Assembly (NCBI GenBank): GCA_016935985.1
Contig: JAFGPW010000006.1
Location: 89,047 to 153,046, forward strand
Reading direction: 5' to 3'
Length of the DNA: 64,000 nt
DNA from: Candidatus Woesearchaeota archaeon
GTDB lineage: Archaea; Nanobdellota; Nanobdellia; Woesearchaeales; JAFGPW01
Shown here in pieces: positions 34,044 through 45,856 of this stretch (the first letter of the stretch is position 1; every line of letters begins with the position of its first letter). The position numbers and the translations under genes are program-made. A model generated the notes under the pieces. The model did not search any database. It was given only the letters and a program-made list of their open reading frames with translations, and had not been told where the DNA came from.

Positions 34044-34328
34044 ATGATGTCAAAAATTCCCTTAGACCTCGGGAGGCTCAGCAATGAGACCATCGATAGG
34101 GAGATACTGCGGGCAGGGATGATTGCGGAATTGGATGCGGTGAACATGTACGAGCAGATGGCCGCGTTCGCAAAGGACCCGAATATCAAAAAGATGCTGC
34201 TTGACATCGCGAAGGAGGAGAAGACCCATCTCGGCGAATTCCAGAGGCTTCTTCTCAATAGGGATCAGGAGCAGGTAGCGGAGCTCGAGAAGGGGGAAGA
34301 GGAGGTCAGGAAGGAAGTGGGCGAATGA
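34044..34328 (+). CDS. Small ferritin-like (rubrerythrin-type ExxH half-motif) protein
   Basis: ELDAVNMYEQMAAFAK...IAKEEKTHLGEFQ resembles one diiron-binding helix pair of the rubrerythrin/ferritin-like fold. Confidence 0.4.
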   Translation: MMSKIPLDLGRLSNETIDREILRAGMIAELDAVNMYEQMAAFAKDPNIKKMLLDIAKEEKTHLGEFQRLLLNRDQEQVAELEKGEEEVRKEVGE

Positions 34329-34445
34329 AAGATCCCGTGCTCCTCCATTCCACTATATTTTCCCGCCATACAATCTTTTTCCTTCGCCATCCTTCAAGAA
34401 CCCCGATAGAAAAAATTTAAATATGATGAATCCCCGACACGTCCT

Positions 34446-35177
34446 ATGGCGAAGCTATCCTTCAGGCGGCGCATGCGCGTCGGCGAGATGATCCGGCTCG
34501 CGTGGGAGCCGTTCATGGCCAACCTGAACACCATCCTGATCATAATCGCCGTGTTCTACCTGCCGCTGCACATGCTCGGGCTCGTCTTCAACCTCATGTT
34601 CGGCACGCCTGAGCCCGGCATCGTCCCCGGCTTCGCCGGCGCGTCCGCCGGCGTCGCGATCGCGCTCGCCTTCATCCGGCTCCTCGGCACCATCGCCATC
34701 ATGCTCGCGGTCCACAGCCACCTGAAGGGGAAGGACATCACCTGGACCGAGGCCCTCAACCGTGCGTTCCCGCGCTACTGGTCCGCCCTCGGGACAGGGG
34801 TCATGGCCGCGGTCTTCATCATCGGGCTGCTCCTGCTCCTGATCGTCCCGGGAATCATCTTCGCGGTCTTCTGGATGTTCATCCTTTACCTCGTGGTCCT
34901 GCGGGACAAGGTCGGCAGGGCAGCCCTGCGGGCGAGCAGGGCGCTCGTCCAGGGCAGGTGGTGGCGGACGCTCGGCTACGCGCTCGTCATCGGGCTCTTC
35001 AGCGTCGCCGTCATGGTCATCATCGCCATCCCGCTCTCGGTCATGTTCTTCCTCGCGCCGCAACCGATCCTGACCTTCGTGATCGACGTCCTCGCCGAGG
35101 CAGTCGCCGCGTACACCGGCATCGTCTCCCTCATCCTCTTCCTCAACTGGGAGGCGACGAATCGGGCGCCGGCATAG
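34446..35177 (+). CDS. Hypothetical integral membrane protein (6 TM)
   Basis: 243 aa, hydrophobic throughout. Confidence 0.5.
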   Translation: MAKLSFRRRMRVGEMIRLAWEPFMANLNTILIIIAVFYLPLHMLGLVFNLMFGTPEPGIVPGFAGASAGVAIALAFIRLLGTIAIMLAVHSHLKGKDITWTEALNRAFPRYWSALGTGVMAAVFIIGLLLLLIVPGIIFAVFWMFILYLVVLRDKVGRAALRASRALVQGRWWRTLGYALVIGLFSVAVMVIIAIPLSVMFFLAPQPILTFVIDVLAEAVAAYTGIVSLILFLNWEATNRAPA

Positions 35178-35212
35178 GAAAGCATTTATTCTAGCGGCCA
35201 TCACCCCCGAGC

Positions 35213-35668
35213 ATGGCCAATGTGCTGTCCATCGAATCACAGGTGAGATACCAGAGGCATGGAGCGGCAATCGACACCGTGTACTCCATCAGCGCCTCGT
35301 TCAGGGGATGGAACTACCAGTTCGGCCGGCTGCAGCCGGTCCCGGACCTGCGCACCATGACCGCGAACGGCATCATCACCTTCGTCCTGAAGGATGCGCA
35401 GCCGTCGCCCTGGACATGCAACTACATCGTCGTCTCGACAGACCTGGTCGGGCGGCACTCTGCTGTCGGCTTCGTCGACTTCCCGACGTCGTCCAATCCC
35501 AAACCGACCTATTACACCATGGGCGACGACCTCGAGATCAGGCTCGATGACACGACACGGGCCGCATTCAGGCAGATCAAGGAAACTGTGGGATACGGGT
35601 ATCAGGAGGGGAAGACACCGCTCCCGGAGCACCTCGTCAGCCTCCTCGATCCCATCCATCTCAACTGA
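35213..35668 (+). CDS. Hypothetical protein
   Basis: 151 aa with amino-acid-like composition (not a shadow); no motifs recognised. Confidence 0.35.
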   Translation: MANVLSIESQVRYQRHGAAIDTVYSISASFRGWNYQFGRLQPVPDLRTMTANGIITFVLKDAQPSPWTCNYIVVSTDLVGRHSAVGFVDFPTSSNPKPTYYTMGDDLEIRLDDTTRAAFRQIKETVGYGYQEGKTPLPEHLVSLLDPIHLN

Positions 35669-35966
35669 TCCTGTCGAGGACGATCCGCTCCGAGAATCCG
35701 CCGCGCCTCTCCGCCTTCTCCATGCGCATGCGCTCGAGCTCCTTCCACGGCACCTTCTTCTCCTCGCTGAGCGCTTTTACCACCTCGAGGATGTCGGCGA
35801 GCTCGTCCACATCGCCGGATTCTGAGAACTCGTCGACCTCCTCATAGAGCTTCTCGAGGAGGCGCTTGCGGTACTCGACGGCGTCGGCGACGTGCGTCTT
35901 CGGCACCTGCTTATCCTTCCGGATGATCTCAGGGATGCGGTCGCGGACGAGCTTGTCGGATGGCAT
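35661..35966 (-). CDS. MazG-like / PRA-PH-like all-alpha nucleoside triphosphate pyrophosphohydrolase
   Basis: MPSDKLVRDRIPEIIRKD...EELADILEVVKAL matches the MazG-like NTP-PPase family. Confidence 0.6.
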   Translation of the reverse strand: MPSDKLVRDRIPEIIRKDKQVPKTHVADAVEYRKRLLEKLYEEVDEFSESGDVDELADILEVVKALSEEKKVPWKELERMRMEKAERRGGFSERIVLDRIS

Positions 35967-36313
35967 GTTCGAGAGTTTAGCCGCTCCTGTTTATAATTTT
36001 TTCGTAAGAAAAGGAGGGACATGAAGCCCGTGTGCTCCTGCGCCGAGAGCGAATGGACGGCTCCTGCCTCCATGCGGATGAAGGCGCCGGGCCGCATCGG
36101 GACCTTCTTCCCTTCGAGGATGAAGGTGCCGTCGCCATCGACCATGTAGGCTATAGCGGTCCGCGCCGAGGTGTGCCCGGACATCGAGGTGCCGGCCGCC
36201 ATGCAGAAGAGGGTCGTCTCGACGTCGTCACTCGTGGTCTGCTTCGAGGCGATCGCTCCCTCAGAATAGGATATCAGCCCTGACATGTCCTTTGTCGTAT
36301 GCGCCAGGGACAC
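35777..36313 (-). CDS. Cupin-domain protein (ORF extends in a different frame over the 5' end of the MazG-like gene)
   Basis: TAIAYMVDGDGTFILEGKKVPMRPGAFIRMEAGAVHSL is a cupin beta-barrel motif; the last ~60 codons overlap 35777-35966 out of frame. Confidence 0.45.
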   Translation of the reverse strand: MSLAHTTKDMSGLISYSEGAIASKQTTSDDVETTLFCMAAGTSMSGHTSARTAIAYMVDGDGTFILEGKKVPMRPGAFIRMEAGAVHSLSAQEHTGFMSLLFLRKNYKQERLNSRTCHPTSSSATASLRSSGRISRCRRRTSPTPSSTASASSRSSMRRSTSSQNPAMWTSSPTSSRW

Positions 36314-36348
36314 TCAACCACGGCTAAGCACTATAAATGATTGCCTGT

Positions 36349-38531
<2,183 letters not shown>

Positions 38532-38535
<4 letters not shown>

Positions 38536-40001
38536 CTGCCGCACCCGCAGCCGCCGCCCATGCCGCAGCTCCCGCCTGCCGCCGGCCCCGGCGCCGCCGC
38601 GAGCGCCTTCTGAACAGCAGTCGCATCCGCCGTATCGATTCCGTCCACCACGACGAAGGTGCCGGAAATCATGCCCATCCAGCAGCTCCACGACACCACG
38701 CCTGCCTCTGTCGGCGTGAACTCGATCTCCTGGATACCCGGCCTGATGGGGAAGCTGAGCCCGTAGGCAGGCACCTGGATCGCGTTGTTGCAGCTGGTGA
38801 TCTCGACGCCGTCGATGCGCCATCTCACCGGCACGCCCTTCTTGAGCACGAACCGGTCCGGCTCCCAGCCGGAGCGGGTGACCTTCATCTCGATCACCTG
38901 GTAGCCGTCCTCGGGCTGGAGCGGCGCGTCGTCGGCCTCATACGCGATGACCGGGAGGATGCCGCCCTGCCCTGCCTTGGCCATGAGCGACGTCACGTCA
39001 TAGCCGGTGCCGGTGAGCGCGAGCCCGGTGTTGAGCATGACGATGCCGAGGACGATCACAAGCGCGCCCGAGGCCTTCAGGATCTTCGTCGTCGCCCTGC
39101 TCGATATGATGCTCGTGACATAGCCGAAGCCGAGGAGGACGGGGAGCGTGCCGAGCCCGAAGACGAAGAGGAGCTTGGCTCCCTCGAGCATGCTGCCGGT
39201 GCCGGCAGCCATGATGTAGATTGCCTGGAGCGGGCCGCAGGCGATCATCAGCCCGTTGAGGAGCCCGATGACGAGCGGACTCGAGTGCCTTCGCGAGGTC
39301 GTGCCGGCGAAACGCGCCACTGCCGACGGCATCCTGAGCCCGAAGCGGCGCAGCGACGGGAAGATGTTGAGCATCTTCAGCCCGAAGACGATGAGGAAGA
39401 GCCCGGCGAGCACGCCTGCGACCCCGCGCATCGCGGGGGTGAAGGCGATGATGGAGCCGAGCAGGCCGAATGCGGCGCCGATGACAGTATAGGAGACGGT
39501 CTTGCCGACAGCATACATGAGATGGAGCCGCGCGGGCCTGACGCCCTTCTGGGCTCCGTGCGCGGTGTAGGAGACGACGAACCCGCCGCACATCGCGACG
39601 CAGTGGAAGCCGGTGAGGAGCCCCACCGCGAAGAGCAGGCCAAGACCCGTGTTCTGCGATATCGTCGGGATAGGGATCGTCTCCGCCATCCGGAGGAGGA
39701 AATAGCCCACGATGAGCAGGCCGAGAAGGCCGAAGAACCAGCCGGCAGTCCGCGAGCCTGCCGTCCGGGGGGCGGGCGCATCGGCGAGGATCGAGCAGGA
39801 GTAGCCCTTCTCCCCGATCTTGAGGAGGATGGTGTCGATATCGGCCAGTCCGGGATCGTAGGTCACGGTGCCGGTCTCGGACGGATAGTCGAACGTGACG
39901 CTCGTCACGCCGGCGACTTTCAGCGCCTGCCGCCTGATGACCTCTGCGCACGACTCGCAGGTCGTTCCCTCCGCCATGAATCCTCTCGTCTCCTCTGCCA
40001 T
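38532..40001 (-). CDS. Metal-binding membrane protein: HMA domain + DsbD/TauE-like multi-TM permease domain + C-terminal cupredoxin-like domain + Cys/Gly-rich tail
   Basis: [21 protein letters not shown] (HMA); ~8 TM helices with paired Cys ([15 protein letters not shown]); C-terminal beta-rich domain; [10 protein letters not shown] tail. Start at MAEETRGF (alternative MGCADM at 40016). Confidence 0.7.
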
Positions 40002-40002
40002 G

Positions 40003-40209
40003 TCAGCGCACCCCATAGCCTTCCTTCTCGATGATGCTCCTGACCAGCGCAGCATCGACCTTGCGCTCGTCGTACCTGATCATGGCCGTCCCCCGGGAAT
40101 GGGACACGACCGCGCTCGCGATGCCGTCGGTCTCCTCGAGACTGTCCTGCAGCAGCGTCTCGCAGCCCGGGCAGTGCATGCCCGACACGTCTATGGTGAG
40201 TTCTTTCAT
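40003..40209 (-). CDS. copZ: Copper chaperone CopZ (HMA domain)
   Basis: MKELTIDVSGMHCPGCETLLQDSLEETDGIASAVVSHSRGTAMIRYD; 68 aa. Only this C-terminal part of track ORF 40003-41244 is coding. Confidence 0.8.
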   Translation of the reverse strand: MKELTIDVSGMHCPGCETLLQDSLEETDGIASAVVSHSRGTAMIRYDERKVDAALVRSIIEKEGYGVR

Positions 40210-40289
40210 CGTACAGACCACCTCGTGGGCATCCGGACGAGCGAAACGGCATATCAAAGAAGCGGTGAAACTGGTTTCAGGCGCCGGTA

Positions 40290-40775
40290 TCAGTGCCTGA
40301 GGAGCACCACGTTCGTCATGCCGCGGCGCTTGCGCTCGATCAGCCCTTTCCCTTCGAGGCGGTCGAGGATGCGCGTGGTCTTGACCTTGGAGAAGCCAGT
40401 CTTGGCGACGAGGTCGGACTGGAAGAGCGAGCCCTTCGCGTCGATGACGAGCATGAGGAGCCGCCGGTCGTCGTCGCCCATGGCGGCGAGCTCGTCCTTG
40501 TAGTCCTCCGGCTTCGGCGCCGGCCTGCGCTGCGCCTGCGGATGCGTCGGCTCCGGCGTGAAGATGATGAGATAGCCGCCGATGGCCGCGACGAAGACCA
40601 TGATGCCGACCGAGACGTAGGTCTGGAAGTTGAGCGTCCCCCACATGGGGCAGGCAGGCCCGTGCGAGCAGGCCGTGTTGACGATCTGCGTCATCGCGCG
40701 GTTGAAGGCCCAGATGATGAAACCGATCAGGAGCGCGATGCCGATGACGAGGACGCCGACCGTGCGGTTCTTCAT
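40290..40775 (-). CDS. Membrane-anchored winged-HTH regulator: two TM helices bracketing a CSHGPACP loop + C-terminal TrmB/MarR-like wHTH
   Basis: TM1 VGVLVIGIALLIGFIIWAF, loop ...TACSHGPACPMWG..., TM2 VSVGIMVFVAAIGGYLIIF, then LLMLVIDAKGSLFQSDLVAKTGFSKVKTTRILDRLEGKGLIERKRRG. Confidence 0.6.
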   Translation of the reverse strand: MKNRTVGVLVIGIALLIGFIIWAFNRAMTQIVNTACSHGPACPMWGTLNFQTYVSVGIMVFVAAIGGYLIIFTPEPTHPQAQRRPAPKPEDYKDELAAMGDDDRRLLMLVIDAKGSLFQSDLVAKTGFSKVKTTRILDRLEGKGLIERKRRGMTNVVLLRH

Positions 40776-40863
40776 GCTCCCATGGTCTGGCGTGTCGTAT
40801 ATAAATATTCAGGAGCCCCCTTCCTCCAAAAGGTTTATAAGGGCTGCAGACAAGGACCTGCCC

Positions 40864-41334
40864 ATGAAAGGGGTTGCGTCGCTCATCCTCATCCTGCTCC
40901 TCGCGACCTCTGCCGCGGGCCTCGACCTCGCGGATGCCGTCACCGAGCGCTACGGCTTCCCGGTTGCCTTCGTCCAGGGCGAGGGCACGCTCTATCTCGA
41001 TTCCGGCCTGCAGGGCTCCTATTTCGTCCTTTTCGATGACGGCAGCAGGTGCGAGCTTGTCGATTTCGCCTATAGCGGCTGCGGGAAGGACCGGATCCCC
41101 GCCGACGCCTGTGTCCCCGAGGCGAAGCCGGTCTGGCCGGCTGAGCGCTGCTGCGGGACCGCGAAGAAGGTCGCAACAGGCGCCGGCGGCCTCATCTGCG
41201 CCGAGCTCGAGGGCATCGACCGGTTCAGGTATGAGCTGCGCCACAACCCACGCTGGTGGGTGCAGGCTGGCGTGGCGGTCTTCGCGAGCCTGCTTCTCGC
41301 CGCGACCGTAGTGGAGCTCCTCAGGAGGGATTGA
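40864..41334 (+). CDS. Small secreted protein with signal peptide, 6 Cys and C-terminal TM anchor
   Basis: MKGVASLILILLLATSAAG signal; C-terminal WWVQAGVAVFASLLLAATVVELL helix. Confidence 0.4.
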   Translation: MKGVASLILILLLATSAAGLDLADAVTERYGFPVAFVQGEGTLYLDSGLQGSYFVLFDDGSRCELVDFAYSGCGKDRIPADACVPEAKPVWPAERCCGTAKKVATGAGGLICAELEGIDRFRYELRHNPRWWVQAGVAVFASLLLAATVVELLRRD

Positions 41335-41472
41335 GGCCGCAGCCTAAGAAAAATTAATATAGGTGCCCCGCTCTTGAGCATAAGTACTATTCAAAAATAG
41401 TAACATTTATATATCATTAGTACCTGCTGGGTGGTGAAATAGAGCATATTTCCGTTCAGGGGGTTATCGAAA

Positions 41473-43467
41473 ATGAATAAGCACGGTTTCATCGGCCTCA
41501 TCTGCACCGTTCTCGCCGTCCTGATGGCGTCGACCGCCTTCGCGGCGCTCGAGATATCGGGCGAGACGACCTCGCTCGCCGGTACGAACGGCGACACGCC
41601 CACGGGCTCCTTCGACGTCACCAACACCGGCGGAAGCGCGGTGAGCGACGTGCATTCGACCGACACCCACCCCTACGGCATCGGCTACGTGCCGGACGGC
41701 TTCGGGCTCGCCGCTGGCGCGACCGAGACGGTCGACTTCACGGTCACCATCCCCGCCGACGCGAAGGTCGGTTCCTACCAGGGCATCGTCACCGCCGAGG
41801 ACAACCTCAGCCAGACCGACACCTTCATCCTGACGGTCGAGGTCCAGGACAACGGCCTCGGGCTCGTCAAGTCGAGCGACCCCACGCCCCTGACGACCGA
41901 CTCAGGTCTCACCATCGAGGGCAGCTTCAGTGTCGAGAACGAGAGGAACGACGACATCACCGCGACGCTCTCCGGCGTGCTGACGAAGGGGAGCGACGAG
42001 CTCACCATCACGGGAAAGCAGGTCACCCTGCCGTATCTCACCACGACCACGGTCACGTTCCAGATCGCCGTGCCTGACAGCGCGCCTGCCGGCACCTATG
42101 TGGGCGACATCAGCCTCGCCTACGGCTCAGACACGCTCATCGCCGCGGCGACTGTCACCGTCAACCCGACCGCGATCATCAGCGTCGCGGACGTCTCGCA
42201 GAACATCCTTCCCGGCGACAGCGAGAGCGCGACCATCACGATCCATAACACCGGCAACGTCGATGTCGCGGGGCTCGGGATCAACTACACCGCGAGCGAC
42301 TTCAGGGACAACGACGGTGACGAGCTCGACCTCTCGTTCTCCCCGATGACGGGGATCGACATCGCGGCGGGCGGGAGCGCGACGGTCACCGTCACCGCCG
42401 ACGCGCCGACGAGCCTCGACCGCGGCACCTACTCGGGCACGGTCACGGTCACGGACAGCGCGGTCCAGGATACTTTCACCCTCTCCTTCCAGACCCTCTC
42501 GGTCCTCAGGATAGGCGACGTGACGTTGACGAGCGAAGGGAAGGACGTCGAGGTCAGGCCCGGCGAGGAGTTCGAGGTCGAGGTCGAGGTCGAGAACGTC
42601 GCCGACGAGATCGACGTCGAGAACATCGTCGTCACGGTCTGGTTCGAGAACGGCGGCAGGCTCGAGGACGACGAGGGCGACGACCTCGAGGACGAGAGCG
42701 ACGAGTTCGACCTCGACGAGGGCGACGAGGAGACCGTCGTCTTCTCCTTCATCATGCCCTACGGCGTCGAGGACGGCGACGACTACACCATCCATGTCGA
42801 GGCGGAGGGCAGGAACGCCGACGACCGCACCCAGCGCATCTTCGACGAGGACGATAGCGAGACGATCGAGGTCGTGAAGGAGAAGCATGAGATCGTCTAT
42901 GACCATGTCGCGCTGCGCTCGTCCACGCTCGCCTGCGAACGGACGACCTCGGTCGAGGTGACGGTCCGCAACACCGGCCAGAAGGACGAGGATGTCGAGC
43001 TCATGATCACGAACGACGACTTCGACATCGAGATCATCGACTTCTTCACGCTCGACGCGGACTATGACGACGACGAGAACGAGTATGACGGCAGCTACGC
43101 GATCAGCGTTCCGTCAGGGACGAAGAAGGGCGAGTACGAACTCGAGGTCCGCGCCTACTACGACGACGGAGACAAGTACCTCTCCGCCGACCTCTCGCTC
43201 ACGGTGGGCGACTGCAGGCAGACCACACCTACCGAGGATCAGGAGGAAGGGGAAGAGCAGGAGGAGGTAGAGGAGCAGGAGGAGGGGATGATTGTCATCA
43301 CCCCGCCGTCGAAGCCCGGCGAGGGCGAGGTCATCGTCAAGCCGCCCATCGAGGTGACGGAAGAGGCCGCTGCGACGAACGGCTACCTATGGCTCCTCAT
43401 CATCGCCGATGCGGTGCTGCTCGCATCGATCGTCGCGGTCATCTGGCTGCTCCTGAGGAAGAGGTAA
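41473..43467 (+). CDS. Large cell-surface protein with multiple CARDB-like domains, acidic repeat region and C-terminal TM anchor
   Basis: Signal MNKHGFIGLICTVLAVLMASTAFA; repeated xTNTGxxxV motifs; DE-rich stretches; C-terminal YLWLLIIADAVLLASIVAVIWLLLRKR. Confidence 0.6.
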   Translation: MNKHGFIGLICTVLAVLMASTAFAALEISGETTSLAGTNGDTPTGSFDVTNTGGSAVSDVHSTDTHPYGIGYVPDGFGLAAGATETVDFTVTIPADAKVGSYQGIVTAEDNLSQTDTFILTVEVQDNGLGLVKSSDPTPLTTDSGLTIEGSFSVENERNDDITATLSGVLTKGSDELTITGKQVTLPYLTTTTVTFQIAVPDSAPAGTYVGDISLAYGSDTLIAAATVTVNPTAIISVADVSQNILPGDSESATITIHNTGNVDVAGLGINYTASDFRDNDGDELDLSFSPMTGIDIAAGGSATVTVTADAPTSLDRGTYSGTVTVTDSAVQDTFTLSFQTLSVLRIGDVTLTSEGKDVEVRPGEEFEVEVEVENVADEIDVENIVVTVWFENGGRLEDDEGDDLEDESDEFDLDEGDEETVVFSFIMPYGVEDGDDYTIHVEAEGRNADDRTQRIFDEDDSETIEVVKEKHEIVYDHVALRSSTLACERTTSVEVTVRNTGQKDEDVELMITNDDFDIEIIDFFTLDADYDDDENEYDGSYAISVPSGTKKGEYELEVRAYYDDGDKYLSADLSLTVGDCRQTTPTEDQEEGEEQEEVEEQEEGMIVITPPSKPGEGEVIVKPPIEVTEEAAATNGYLWLLIIADAVLLASIVAVIWLLLRKR

Positions 43468-44049
43468 TCATATTTTTTCTATTCCTTTCTCCAATACGCG
43501 TATCCTATCGCCGTTCTCTCGCATACGCTCGTTGCCCTTCCCGACGAGCAGCTCGAGAAAGCCCTTATCCACGAATTTCGTGCCCCCGACAGCGACCGGC
43601 GCGTCGATGTACTCTGTCGAGAGCAGTTCGACCATGATCTTCGACGGCCGCATGCTGATGATGCCGCTGCGCTTGAACCCGGCATCACGGGCTGCGCCGA
43701 TGAGCCGCCCGGCGGCATCGATCGTGCGGCACGCCGCATGGAGGATGAATCCCTCCTGCAGGAACCAGAGGTCGTCCGGTCCGCTGTAGCCCCCGATCGC
43801 GGCTGCCACCTCGTCAGGCCGCACCGGCGCGTGAGATTTCAGCACCCAGGCCGACCCCTTCTTGCTGCCGGAGGCAGGCCGGGTCACGAGCACGATGCGG
43901 CCGGCGCAGGAGCTCGTGGTGACATAGTCCGGCTTCCTGTTCAGGGTGCCGACGAGGCGCCTGATCGGGGCGTCGATCCTCCCTTCCCGGCTCTTGTCCG
44001 CGCGCGCGAGGATGTCGCGCTTCATCGCGTCGAAGCGGCTGCCCTGCAT
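43468..44049 (-). CDS. taw3: tRNA wybutosine-synthesis protein Taw3/TYW3 (SAM-dependent methyltransferase)
   Basis: YVTTSSCAGRIVL matches the TYW3 signature (SSCSGRI); 193 aa. Confidence 0.75.
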   Translation of the reverse strand: MQGSRFDAMKRDILARADKSREGRIDAPIRRLVGTLNRKPDYVTTSSCAGRIVLVTRPASGSKKGSAWVLKSHAPVRPDEVAAAIGGYSGPDDLWFLQEGFILHAACRTIDAAGRLIGAARDAGFKRSGIISMRPSKIMVELLSTEYIDAPVAVGGTKFVDKGFLELLVGKGNERMRENGDRIRVLEKGIEKI

Positions 44050-44090
44050 GGCAGGCGGGACGGCAGGCAGGTATAAGAAGGTTGCGGCGG

Positions 44091-44888
44091 TCAGCCGAGC
44101 GCACGATAGGAAGCGAGCCCTGCGGCCGAGGTGACGGCATAAGGGATCGGCTGCGACGAGGCGAGCCTCTCGACATGCGGGAGCCGCAGGAGCGTCCGGT
44201 ACGAGACATCGTTGATCGAGCGGACGATGAGGTGCGCCTTATGGGTGAAGTCAGGCGTAAGGTTGGTGTGCTCGGTAGGGATGCCGATGACATACATGCC
44301 TGCCGCCCATGCCGAGATGACCCCTTTCTCCGCATCCTCGATCGCCACGATCCGGTCAGGCTTCAGGCCGAGCGCGATCCCTCCGGCCCGGTACGGCTCG
44401 GGATCAGGCTTGGGCCGACTGACATCGTCCTTCGTGATGACCGACGAGAAGTATCCGCGCAGGCCGGTGATGTCGAGCACATAGTCAACGTCCTCCCTGC
44501 GCGAGTTCGTAACGAGCCCCACCTTCCCTTCGAACCGCTGAGTGAAGTCGATGAGCCTCTCCTCGATGCCGTCGAAGACGATGGCACTCCCCCTATTGCT
44601 CAGCAGCTCGCGGTAGGCCTTCCGTTTCTCCTCCTTTAGCGGCGGGATGTCGTCCTTCAGTATCGGCAGCTGACGCTTCTCGATGAAGTCCTCGACCCCG
44701 CCGCCCCTGTTCGTCCAATGGTCGTAGTAGTCGTCCTCGCGGACCGTGTATCCCATGCGGCGGAAGGCCTGGATATAGGCCTGGCAGTGCAGCGGCTCGG
44801 TGTCGACGAGAACGCCGTCCATGTCGAGGAGGACGCCCCGTATCGTACGATGATTATGCCTCGAGAAGAGACGGTTCCTGCCCCCCAT
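44091..44888 (-). CDS. HAD-superfamily hydrolase (beta-phosphoglucomutase-like subfamily)
   Basis: Motif I LLDMDGVLVDTE, motif II VTNS, motif IV IEDAEKG. Confidence 0.7.
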   Translation of the reverse strand: MGGRNRLFSRHNHRTIRGVLLDMDGVLVDTEPLHCQAYIQAFRRMGYTVREDDYYDHWTNRGGGVEDFIEKRQLPILKDDIPPLKEEKRKAYRELLSNRGSAIVFDGIEERLIDFTQRFEGKVGLVTNSRREDVDYVLDITGLRGYFSSVITKDDVSRPKPDPEPYRAGGIALGLKPDRIVAIEDAEKGVISAWAAGMYVIGIPTEHTNLTPDFTHKAHLIVRSINDVSYRTLLRLPHVERLASSQPIPYAVTSAAGLASYRALG

Positions 44889-44960
44889 AAGGGAAAGGTG
44901 AGGGCGGCGGGTATTTAATGGTTATTAAGGATTCGGGAGACCCATCCGGGGAAATCCATC

Positions 44961-45824
44961 CTATCTCTCGTAGATGACGCGGCGCATCTCCCTGACGAAG
45001 CCGTCGGCCTCCTGGTACAGGGTATCGAACTCCCTGCCTGAGACCTCGTGCCGCTCCTTGTGGAGGATCTCCTTAGAGAGCCTATAGAACTTCCTCATCA
45101 CGGCCGCGTACTTGGGCTTGACGATGCCTGCCTTCACCATCCTCTCGTCGATCATGTCGGCGACGTGGCTCGGGCTCGGCGGTATCTCGCCGAGCTTCAT
45201 GAGCGCGGCATGCCCCGCATCGATCACCGCCCAATACAGGTCGAGGCTTGCTTGAAGCAGGTGCCACTTGCTGTTCCCGAGCGTGCGGGGGGCGCGGTGG
45301 TAGTAGACATGCACCGCTTCCGCGCTCGGCCGGACGCGGCCCTGGAAGAGCAGCGCCTGCATCGGCTCGAAGAAGCCGGTGTCGACGAGCGGGACGCCGT
45401 CGCGCAGCAGGTTGATCCCCACCGGGTCGCCGGCGCGGATGTATTCCCAGAAGGTCGTGAGCTTCAGGGTCGTCAGATGGATCTTGTCCGAGGTCTCGCG
45501 GATGATCTTCTCGGCGATCAGGCGGTAGCTCTCGACCACGTGCGCCGAGAGCTCTATCTGGACATCATCCACCACCACGAGGATGTCGATGTCGTTAGAG
45601 CCCTGCTGCTTCCTCGCGATCGAGCCGAAGAGGACGACCGCGCGAAGGAATATCCCGAACTCGGCATAGAGCCTCTTGGTGAACAGGTAGGCGATGTCGA
45701 GCTCGTCCTTCTTGTAATATTTGGTGTTCGCGTTCCCCGGCCGTTTCACGTCGAACTGCACTCGTCTCCCACCTTCTTGCCTTCTTCTCAGGGTCCCGAT
45801 GGGTTTAATAAGTTTTATGACCAT
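44961..45824 (-). CDS. Fusion of minimal nucleotidyltransferase (Pol-beta superfamily) and HEPN-like domain
   Basis: LFGSIARKQQGSNDIDILVVVDD is the classic hG[GS]...D.D NTase motif; all-alpha C-terminal half. Confidence 0.6.
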   Translation of the reverse strand: MVIKLIKPIGTLRRRQEGGRRVQFDVKRPGNANTKYYKKDELDIAYLFTKRLYAEFGIFLRAVVLFGSIARKQQGSNDIDILVVVDDVQIELSAHVVESYRLIAEKIIRETSDKIHLTTLKLTTFWEYIRAGDPVGINLLRDGVPLVDTGFFEPMQALLFQGRVRPSAEAVHVYYHRAPRTLGNSKWHLLQASLDLYWAVIDAGHAALMKLGEIPPSPSHVADMIDERMVKAGIVKPKYAAVMRKFYRLSKEILHKERHEVSGREFDTLYQEADGFVREMRRVIYER

Positions 45825-45856
45825 CAGAGGATGGTACCAGCAAGGGACTCGGGAAG

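Noticed and set aside
34455-35270. 271-aa minus ORF
   Set aside because: Antisense to a hydrophobic membrane-protein gene; D/E/R-rich nonsense composition.
40003-41244. 413-aa minus ORF
   Set aside because: Only the last 68 codons (CopZ, 40003-40209) are coding-like; the remainder is antisense to the membrane regulator and the secreted-protein gene.
42127-42906. 259-aa minus ORF
   Set aside because: Antisense within the CARDB surface-protein gene.
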